Shown here in pieces: positions 45,001-54,000 of a stretch of DNA of 64,000 nucleotides. Where the stretch lies: assembly GCA_032718475.1 (NCBI GenBank), contig JAUCBJ010004537.1, positions 1-64,000 of the forward strand, written 5' to 3'. The notes under the pieces are model-generated. The model searched no databases and was not told the origin of the DNA. It worked only from the letters and a program-made list of their open reading frames with translations. Numbering within the stretch: position 1 is the first letter of the stretch; every line of letters begins with the position of its first letter. The position numbers and the translations under genes are program-made. This DNA is from Nemertoderma westbladi. Lineage: Eukaryota; Animalia; Xenacoelomorpha.

Positions 45001-45887
45001 GCAAAAGTGCGTGTAAGGGCAAACAGGCAAAAGTGCGTGTAAGGGCAAACCGTTACGCAAAAGTGCGTGTAAGGGCAAACAGGCAAAAGTGCGTGTAAGG
45101 GCAAACCAAACAGGCAAAAGTGCGTGTAAGGGCAAACAGACAAAAGTGCGTGTAAGGGCAAATAGTTCCGCAAAAGTGCGTGTAAGGGCAAACAGGCAAG
45201 AGTGCGTGTAAGGGCAAACCGTTACGCAAAAGTGTGGGTAAAGGGCAAACAGATACGCAATCACAGGTGAGTGCGTGTAAGGGCAAACAGGCAAAAGTGT
45301 GTGTCAGGGCAAACCAAACAGGCCAAAGTGCGTGTAAGGGCAAAAACAGACAAAAGTGCGTGTAAGGGCAAATAGTTCCGCAAAAGTGCGTGTAAGGGCA
45401 AACAGGCAAGAGTGCGTGTAAGGGCAAACCGTTACGCAAAAGTGTGGGTAAAGGGCAAACAGATACGCAATCACAGGTGAGTGCGTGTAAGGGCAAACAG
45501 GCAAAAGTGTGTGTCAGGGCAAACAGTTCCGCAAAAGTGCGTGTAAGGGCAAACAGGCAAAAGTGCGTGTAAGGGCAAACAGACAAAAGTGCGTGTAAGG
45601 GCAAATAGTTCCGCAAAAGTGCGTGTAAGGGCAAACAGTTCCGCAAAAGTGCGTGTAAGGGCAAACAGGCAAAAGTGCGTGTAAGGGCAAACAGGCAAAA
45701 GTGCGTGTAAGGGCAAACAGACAAAAGTGCGTGTAAGGGCAAATAGTTCCGCAAAAGTGCGTGTAAGGGCAAACAGACAAAAGTGCGTGTAAGGGCAAAT
45801 AGTTCCGCAAAAGTGCGTGTAAGGGCAAACAGTTCCGCAAAAGTGCGTGTAAGGGCAAACAGGCAAAAGTGCGTGTAAGGGAAAACA
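1..45887 (+). repeat. Large satellite array of related monomers: 38-bp A (CAATCACAGGTGAGTGCGGGTAAGGGCAAACAGATACA) and 30-bp B (GAAAAGTGCGTGTAAGGGCAAACAGATACG), plus 32- and 26-bp variants; open at the left window edge
   Basis: Read directly: uninterrupted head-to-tail copies sharing the core AGTGCG(G/T)GTAAG(G/A)GCAAACAG. A+B = 68 bp, which matches the 68-bp spacing of the repeated ORFs. Roughly 1,200-1,300 monomers (estimated from length, not counted). Confidence 0.99.
43590..45887 (+). repeat. Divergent edge domain of the satellite, increasingly dominated by 26-bp (CAAAAGTGCGTGTAAGGGCAAACAGG) and 30-bp monomers
   Basis: 38-mers become rare after about 44,510. Linker variants such as CAGG, CAGA, CAGTTCCG, TAGTTCCG and CCGTTACG occur only here. 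Confidence 0.95.
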
Positions 45888-45894
45888 AAGATTA

Positions 45895-46189
45895 TAGTCC
45901 GGCAGCCACAATGGTATACCGAAAATTTTTGGACGGATTTAATTATTTTGATGTTTTGAGTTCTATAGGTCCCACTTAATGAGGAAATGGCGATTATAAC
46001 ATTTTTGACTTTGGGCATTTTGAAATAACGACCTAGTTGCTAAGGACCACGTAATTCTCATTTAAGGCATAGCAACTGCAAAACAGCACGTCATAATGGA
46101 TTAAAATCTTCTACAAAGTCAATTTAGTTCATTTACGAAAAGTGGCCAATCTTTTTTGTCTGATTTTTAGATCCTGTTGCTATGGAGAC
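45895..46189 (+). repeat. Left imperfect terminal inverted repeat of the Academ element
   Basis: Perfect blocks at 45895-45909 and 45919-45939 (CCGAAAATTTTTGGACGGATT), then patchy matches (GATGTTTTG, GGTCCC-CTTAA, TTGGGCA-TTTGAA, GCATAGCAA, GTTGCTATGG) to the reverse complement of the right end. Confidence 0.85.
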
Positions 46190-46636
46190 GCCATTAAAGT
46201 TTAGTGTTGCGATTTCAATCGCCTTTAATTATACCATTAGTTACAGGAATATGCAGGAAAGTTAGATAAATTATGTAGGCAAGGTTAAGAATCGAAATTG
46301 GGATGATATTTATTTCCTAACCTGACATGTTTGAGTGTTAACATAATTATTAAAGATTACAAATTTCAGCGATTATAATATTCAGCTGATGTTTCTACGG
46401 TAACTATATTTGTTATTTCCAGTTTAGCTCCTTTCTACTGTACTGTGCATCTCTTTTTATTGTACCCGTCTCATAAATCGATACCGTAAGGGATAGTACA
46501 GATAAGTGCAAAGGCAGCTACTAGAAGCAAGCGAGTTTGCACAGGAAGTAGAAAATATAACCTTCAAGGAAATCTGAAGCTCCCATCGAAGGACGTTCTT
46601 CTAACTGTAACCTTTAACAAGAAACAAATCATACAA

Positions 46637-47593
46637 ATGATATGTCAAGCACTAAAGACGAATTTAAAGTTGCATAGTGAAAACTCCTCTAACATTCTTG
46701 TTGTTACCGGGCAAAATTCTGTACCATTCGAAATAAGTTCCATTGGCGTCCATAGTGAGCGGAAAGACATTGAGATATATCATGAAGAGGCAGATCTTAT
46801 ATTGGTCCATCAGGCAATTTCTTTGTGCAAAGAAACATCTGCAGGCATAGCCATTATCTCAGACGATACCGATGTATTTGTTCTATTATTACATTTTTAT
46901 TTGGGGGAAAGTATAACCAATTCAATTTTCATAAAATCCCCGATAAAAAACCGTACCGCAGTGATAGACGTGGGAGAAACAGTAAAAATGCATCGTGGTA
47001 TCATAGGAAATCTTTTGGGAGGCCATGCTTTATCTGGGTGTGACACGGTTGCGAGTATGTCTGGGATTGGCAAAGCTAAAGTCATCAAGGCTTTGGAGAA
47101 AGGACTCACTCTTTCTTGTTTGGGAGAAATGGAAGCACCGCAATCTACAGTCTTAAAGGAATGTACCAACTTTATTTCTGACTGCTATGGATATGCCTCA
47201 GACAACATGAGCCAGTTAAGACAAAAGATGTGGACAGAAAAAACAATCACCAGCTGTGCAAAGCTGCAAACAATACCACCGACCACTGAATCCTTCACAG
47301 AGAACGTGAAAAGAGCCCATTTGCAAGTAATGGTGTGGAAGAACACAATGGAAATTAGACCACCTAGTGTAGACCCCAGAGAATATGGGTGGAGAATAGC
47401 CAACAATCAACTTTCCCCGATTGCAATACCTGAGGGCATACCACCAGCTCCGGAATGCATTTTGCAATTAATTCGGTGTAGCTGTTCTTCCAAAATCCCT
47501 TGTAAATCGCAGAAGTGCACCTGCAGAAAAAACCAAACTGATTGCTCAGAATTCTGCAATTGCAATAAAGATTCATGCGCAAACATTTCGTAA
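46637..47593 (+). CDS. C-terminal part of an AcademX protein: XPG/FEN-like (PIN-fold) nuclease segment plus CXC (tesmin/TSO1-like) Cys cluster; N-terminally truncated
   Basis: 318-aa stop-free ORF with HEEAD, SDDTDV, LSGCDT and GIGK (acidic motifs and helix-turn-helix region of FEN/XPG nucleases), PPT..SF.ENVKRAHLQ, YGW, and a terminal 9-Cys cluster ending in CAN. The frame stays open upstream to 46490 (...SAKAATRSKR...NKKQIIQ-M), so the ATG is probably internal to the ancestral protein. Confidence 0.85.
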   Translation: MICQALKTNLKLHSENSSNILVVTGQNSVPFEISSIGVHSERKDIEIYHEEADLILVHQAISLCKETSAGIAIISDDTDVFVLLLHFYLGESITNSIFIKSPIKNRTAVIDVGETVKMHRGIIGNLLGGHALSGCDTVASMSGIGKAKVIKALEKGLTLSCLGEMEAPQSTVLKECTNFISDCYGYASDNMSQLRQKMWTEKTITSCAKLQTIPPTTESFTENVKRAHLQVMVWKNTMEIRPPSVDPREYGWRIANNQLSPIAIPEGIPPAPECILQLIRCSCSSKIPCKSQKCTCRKNQTDCSEFCNCNKDSCANIS

Positions 47594-47991
47594 TCTAATA
47601 TTATATTATAATCAAACAATGAATAATATAAAATGCATAGTCTCCATATTCGCCATGCATTAACTAAATTGTATAAATTTAGCATTAAAAAAGTGTCATG
47701 CTTAAATAAACAAGCTGGAGACAAATGATTTATATATACATTTTAAGGTAATAATTTTCTGTCAAGGTTTTAAATGCTTCAGATGTGATGTCCGCAATAA
47801 ATTACTGTAGTTTCCATGAATACGGGTATTTGTTGCCAACCATACTTCTACACAAAATTGATGTGGTGCATAATATTTAGGGAAAAACATTATTAACAAA
47901 GTGCACAGACGAACCAAAAAACAAATATATCATTAAGCATAGTACCGGTAGTTTTCATTTGGAAAGATACAGCGATAGTTGTAGTGCCTTC

Positions 47992-48278
47992 GTTACCATA
48001 GCAACACTTCAATAGTTTCTCTAAAATATTCATATTTTCGATCAAAATTACAACCAGTTCAAGCCTAACAGATAATCGCCATTCTGATTGCTATGCTTTC
48101 AAAGAAATTTCTGCAGTCCAAAGAAACGGGTCATTAATTCAAATTGCCCAAGGTGTCAAAGTCCATAAACCACTTTTTTATGTTAAGAGGGACCCATAAA
48201 CACCAAAACATCCAAAAAATGTAATCCGTCCAAAAATTTTCGGTTGGGCCCAAAAAGAGGTACGTGGCTGCCGGACTA
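47992..48278 (-). repeat. Right imperfect terminal inverted repeat of the Academ element
   Basis: Reverse complement reads TAGTCCGGCAGCCAC-N20-CCGAAAATTTTTGGACGGATT...GCATAGCAA...GTTGCTATGGTAAC, colinear with the left end. Confidence 0.85.
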
Positions 48279-48801
48279 TTAAAAACTTAAGATAATTCAA
48301 CAGTTTGTGCTGATCATAGCTTTTTATCACGTAAACGCTAAACACGTAAAGCTTTTACAAATATACTGCTTACAAGCCAAGCTGTATAAATATAAACGAT
48401 AAATAACTCACGGAGACGTTTCGATCAACTTTCTTCAAATAAAATCACTGGAACACAACTTGACTTTATCATAAACTTAGTGTTCGAGATTGCGATTCGT
48501 TTTTAAGTGATACAAAAAGGGGATGGGGGGGGGGGGGCTGGATGCAAATCCCTTCTCGGCGAATTCATATTTCTTTCGTCTCAATACTAAATTATCAGTT
48601 TAGGTGAAAGGAGCAGGTTACAGTGATTCGTTATGCTAACCAAACAATATGTGAAAATCAATAGAACTGGACTTCATTTTTGGGAGTAATCAGCTGTTGT
48701 TTTTGTCGATTTCCCCCTGAGATGGATGAATATAATTTTATTGATTTAATGGATTGAGTTTTTTTAAAGACATTAATATTAATGGATGTTATTTATTTCA
48801 G

Positions 48802-49209
48802 AGTTCCAATGTCTGGTCAGTTGTTGCACGGCGGGACTCAGGTCCTGGTGCTAGTTTATGTTGCGACTCGGGCATGGGTGGCCGGCACCCTGGTTGCAGC
48901 CCTCTATCCACCCACCCCGGGTGCAACCATCTACCCACCCACCCCGGGTGCAACCCTCCGTGCAGTGACACCCACCACCCCTACCCGGTCGCGCCCCCCT
49001 TCCTGACCCCCACCGATCTCTCCGATCACGATTTCATTATGGAGGAGGACTCCTCCCCCGAGGACGAGCCCTGCGTCCACGGCGGTGACGTCACGTGTTA
49101 CCATGACGACGAGACGGTTTCCCCGGAGGAGGACCCCGTGTTTGCGGTTCGATCCCTGCTGCCGCTCGTGTGTCCGGACCTGGATCTGGAGGGAATAGAG
49201 AACGACTGA
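48802..49209 (+). CDS. Possible terminal coding exon of an unidentified gene (Pro/His/Cys-rich, then acidic)
   Basis: Abrupt GC-rich island in AT-rich DNA, preceded by an acceptor-like TTATTTATTTCAG ending at 48801, and open to a TGA at 49207-49209. It contains a 27-bp HPGC-x5 repeat in about 3 copies. No domain recognised. Confidence 0.35.
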   Translation, partial: SSNVWSVVARRDSGPGASLCCDSGMGGRHPGCSPLSTHPGCNHLPTHPGCNPPCSDTHHPYPVAPPFLTPTDLSDHDFIMEEDSSPEDEPCVHGGDVTCYHDDETVSPEEDPVFAVRSLLPLVCPDLDLEGIEND

Positions 49210-49214
49210 AAAGG

Positions 49215-49272
49215 CGTGGGAAAAAAAGCGTGGGAAAAAAAAGCGTGGGAAAAAAAGCGCGAAGAAAAAGCG
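49215..49272 (+). repeat. Short tandem GCGTGGG-A7/8 repeat (3 copies plus degenerate ones) containing CGTGGGAA motifs
   Basis: CGTGGGAA at 49215, 49229 and 49244, read directly. Confidence 0.8.
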
Positions 49273-51065
49273 TCAAGGTTACAAAATATTATTGCTAATT
49301 TTGTAGGCTCTTTTGTTATATTATCGTGTATATTTATTATTAGTGATTCTGAGTAATATATTATTCGAATATTCGCTTAACAATATTCCAATATTCTAAC
49401 TAAATGTCGCAATGAGAAAAAAGTTAGTTAGAGTTCATCTCCTAATGATAAAATATGTCTACAGTTGAATTTTTGTGGTATTTAATTAAACAACTTCAAA
49501 TTTAACATCAAGACGTTTAAAAATCTGTTATGCTTTTAATTATTCAAAGTTGTTTAAATAGTTTTAGAAAATAACTTTTCATTGAAATTTAATAACAAGC
49601 GGAGCGCATTTTAATTACGAAATAATTAAATTGAATTAAATGACAATTTGGCCTCGTTAAAAAAAATCAGCATTATCATACCTCGTGAACATAATAATAT
49701 ATATTATGAATATTCAATACAAATAAATAATCATAAATGTAAAATTACATTCGAATATCAATCTATTCTCAGAAAAGCTGTTTATTATTTTATTACAGTC
49801 TCATATTTACAGTTATAATTCCCACGATCTACGTTCTCGTGGGCGCTAATAGAATTCTATATGTGTATCTAGGCGCTACAGAAGCAGCATTTATTTGGTT
49901 TTTTTTAAACATTTTCTTGTTAATTAATTGTATAAATGTATTATTATTGTAGTCGGTAGTAGCCGCATATTATTTTTCATTATTTTTCAATTGTATTTTA
50001 AATAATACAACGTTATGTTTGCCATTACTCCCATAAAGGTCATACAATTGAGATTGTCACACATTGTTTTTTTTTATTTACGCATGCGAGGGTAAGCGAC
50101 AATTTTTCATTACATATACATATCCACACACAACAAACACACGAGTCATTGTTATGTTTACTTTTTACCGGTACCGTATCAGATTATTTCATCATATAGT
50201 TTGGTTGTAGTCGGTGTAAGTCTTTATCACTTAGTCTCTTTATGGCGTTGACAAATGATTTTCAATTATTGATATCAATAATTTTATTCGATGATGGAAA
50301 TATTATGTAACTCCGTAGTTAGAAGAGGATGTACATATAGTGTATAACTTTATACGGCGGGTAAGAATAGTTTTTACGGCGGGTGGGAAAACGGTAGAGT
50401 CTATATTGGATACAGAGAGTTACCGGTACTAGAGATATAGGCCTAAACGACACATCTGTAGAACCACTACATAAAGATGTTGACTATTACAAATTCTTGT
50501 TTAAGATAATTTTAAAGAAATTAATCAATCTTTATTTTAATATTTCCATTTTGGAATCAAATTACATATTCCTATAGTCGTTAGATTACATATGATTACA
50601 TAATTGCAGATGCCTAGACTGTTCTAATTATATTATGGTCATTTTCCACAATTTAGTGTGTGTGTCAGTGTGTCGGATCGGAAGCCAAAATTGTCGGAAG
50701 CCAATATATAACTAGCCATAGTAAAATTATAATTGTTCGCTAAGACGGCTTGCAGCTTTTGCAGCACGAAGGCCCCTCTCGTGTAACATTTTATTATTAT
50801 CGCTAGTAATAATGGAAAAAATTACATCCAAAAGGAGATACGGTAATTAAAACAGTAATTAAAATAATTTATTAAAAATGTAGGTTAAATTTTACAGTTC
50901 CGATCAATTAATTACTTAATGTATTTTCGTATTCTGTATTTTCGTTGGTCAACTCAGTAAAAGTCTATGATAAACTTACGGTGGTTCACATATGTTGCTT
51001 TCGAAGTCTTACGATATTATTTATTAAATTAGTTTTTTGGTCGTTTTTGATTGATCATGTGTGTT

Positions 51066-54000
51066 CGAGTTGTTATTGAACCCGAGTTGTTATTGAACCC
51101 GAGTTGTTATTGAACCCGCGTTGTTATTGAACCCGAGTTGGTATTGAACCCGAGTTGGTATTGTATTGAACCAGAGTTGTTATTGAACCCGAGTTGTTAT
51201 TGCACAAGTTGGTATTGAACCCAGGTTGGTATTGAACCCGAGTTGATATTGTATTGAACCCGATTTGTTATTGAACCCGAGTTGGTATTGAACCCGAGTT
51301 GGTATTGTATTGAACCCGATTTGTTATTGAACCCGAGTTGGTATTGAACCCGAGTTGTTATTGAACAAGTTGGTATTGAACCCGAGTTGGTATTGTATTG
51401 AACCCGATTTGTTAATGAACCCGAGTTGGTATTGAACCCGAGTTGTTATTGAACCCGAGTTGTTATTGAACCCGAGTTGTTATTGAACCCGAGTTGTTAT
51501 TGAACCCGAGTTGTTATTGAACCCGAGTTGTTATTGAACCCGAGTTGGTATTGAACCCGAATTGGTATTGAACCCGAGTTGTTGTTGAACAAGAGTTGTT
51601 ATTGAACAAGAGTTGTTATTGAACCCGAGTTGGTATTGTATTGAACCAGAGTTGTTATTGAACCCGAGTTGTTATTGAACCCGAGTTGTTATTGAACAAG
51701 TTGGTATTGAACCCAGGTTGGTATTGAACCCGAGTTGATATTGAACCCGAGTTGTTATTGAACCCGAGTTGGTATTGAACAAGTTGGTATTGAACCCGAG
51801 TTGGTATTGTATTGAACCCGATTTGTTATTGAACCAGAGTTGGTATTGAACCCGAGTTGTTATTGAACAAGTTGGTATTGAACCCGAGTTGGTATTGTAT
51901 TGAACCCGATTTGTTATTGAACCCGAGTTGGTATTGAACCCGAGTTGTTATTGAACCCGAGTTGTTATTGAACCCGAGTTGTTATTGAACCCGAGTTGTT
52001 ATTGAACAAGTTGGTATTGAACCCGAGTTGGTATTGTATTGAACCCGATTTGTTATTGAACCCGAGTTGGTATTGAACCCGAGTTGTTATTGAACCCGAG
52101 TTGTTATTGAACCCGAGTTGTTATTGAACCCGAGTTGTTATTGAACCCGAGTTGGTATGGAACCCGAGTTGTTATTGAACCCGATTTGTTATTGAACCCG
52201 ATTTGTTCTTGAACCCGAGTTGTTATTGAACCCGAGTTGTTATTGAACCCGTGTTGTTATTGAACCCGAATTGTTATTGAACCCGAGTTGTTATTGAGCC
52301 CGAGTTGGTATTGAACCCGAGTTGGTATTGAACCCGAGTTGTTATTGAACAAGAGTTGTTATTGAACCCGAGTTGGTATGGAACCCGAGTTGTTATTGAA
52401 CCCGATTTGTTATTGAACCCGAGTTGTTATTAAACCCGAGTTGTTATTGAACCCGATTTGTTATTGAACCCGAGTTGTTATTAAACCCGAGTTGTTATTG
52501 AACCCGAGTTGTTATTGAACCCGAATTGTTATTGAACCCGAGTTGGTATTGAACCCGAGTTGTTATTGAACCCTAGTTATTATTGAACCCGAGTTGTTAT
52601 TGAACCCGAGTTGGTATTGAACCCGAGTTGTTATTGAACCCTAGTTATTATTGAACCCGAGTTGGTATTGAACCCGAGTTGTTATTGAACCCGAGTTGGT
52701 ATTGAACCCGAGTTGGTATTGAACAAGAGTTGTTATTGAACCCGAGTTGTTATTGAACCCGAATTGTTATTGAACCCGAGTTGGTATTGAACCCGAGTTG
52801 TTATTGAACCCTAGTTATTATTGAACCCGAGTTGTTATTGAACCCGAGTTGGTATTGAACCCGAGTTGTTATTGAACAAGAGTTTTGTATTGAACCCGAG
52901 TTGGTATGGAACCCGAGTTGTTATTGAACCCTAGTTATTATTGAACCCGAGTTGGTATTGAACCCGAGTTGGTATTGAACCCGAGTTGTTATTGAACCCT
53001 AGTTATTATTGAACCCGAGTTGGTATTGAACCCGAGTTGTTATTGAACAAGAGTTTTGTATTGAACCCGAGTTGGTATGGAACCCGAGTTGTTATTGAAC
53101 CCCAGTTGTTATTGAACCCGAGTTGGTATTGAACCCGAGTTGTTATTGTATTGAACCCGATTTGTTATTGAACCCGAGTTGTTATTGAACCCGAGTTGGT
53201 ATTGAACCCGAGTTGTTATTGAACCCGAGTTGGTATTGAACCCCAGTTGTTATTGAACCCGAATTGTTATTGAACCCGAGTTGTTATTGAACCCGAGTTG
53301 TTATTGAACAAGAGTTTTGTATTGAACCCGAGTTGGTATGGAACCCGAGTTGTTATTGAACCCCAGTTGTTATTGAACCCGAGTTGGTATTGAACCCGAG
53401 TTGTTATTGTATTGAACCCGATTTGTTATTGAACCCGAGTTGGTATTGAACCCGAGTTGTTATTGAACAAGTTGGTATTGAACCCGAGTTGGTATTGTAT
53501 TGAACCCGATTTGTTATTGAACCCGAGTTGGTATTGTATTGAACCCGATTTGTTATTGAACCCGAGTTGGTATTGAACCCGAGTTGTTATTGAACCCGAG
53601 TTGGTATTGAACCCGAGTTGTTATTGAACCCGAGTTGTTATTGAACCCTAGTTGTTATTGAACCCGAGTTGGTATTGAACCCGAGTTGGTATTGAACCCG
53701 AGTTGGTATTGAACCCGAGTTGTTATTGAACCCGAGTTGTTATTGAACCCGAGTTGGTATTGAACCCGATTTGTTATTGAACCCGAGTTGGTATTGAACC
53801 CGAGTTGTTATTGAACAAGTTGGTATTGAACCCGAGTTGGTATTGTATTGAACCCGATTTGTTATTGAACCCCAGTTGGTATTGAACAAGTTGGTATTGA
53901 ACCCGAGTTGTTATTGTATTGAACCCGATTTGTTATTGAACCCGAGTTGGTATTGAACCCGAGTTGTTATTGAACAAGTTGGTATTGAACCCGAGTTGGT

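Larger units (their letters stand above)
45895..48278 (+). mobile_element. Academ-superfamily (AcademX-type) DNA transposon, internally deleted non-autonomous derivative, 2,384 bp
   Basis: Perfect 15-bp terminal inverted repeat TAGTCCGGCAGCCAC / GTGGCTGCCGGACTA. TAG...CTA termini and a 3-bp TSD TTA (45892-45894 and 48279-48281). Internal ORF with XPG-like and Cys-rich domains. This combination is characteristic of Academ (established knowledge). No DDE transposase region is present. Confidence 0.88.

Noticed and set aside
1-45887. CRISPR-like appearance (constant core with variable intervening sequence)
   Set aside because: Intervening parts are a handful of recurring variants rather than unique spacers. 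No cas genes, and the context is eukaryotic.
1630-45888. Dozens of minus-strand ORFs (MPLHALFRICL..., FALTRTF...)
   Set aside because: Translations of satellite monomers in all three frames, mostly starting at TTG. Periodicity equals the monomer lengths. No coding evidence.
45053-46018. 321-aa minus-strand ORF running from the transposon TIR into the satellite
   Set aside because: The 26/30-mers lack minus-strand stops, so a long ORF is expected. The N-terminus is simply TIR sequence.
46825-47724. Short overlapping and antisense ORFs inside the Academ ORF
   Set aside because: Shadow frames of the real coding sequence, with no motifs.
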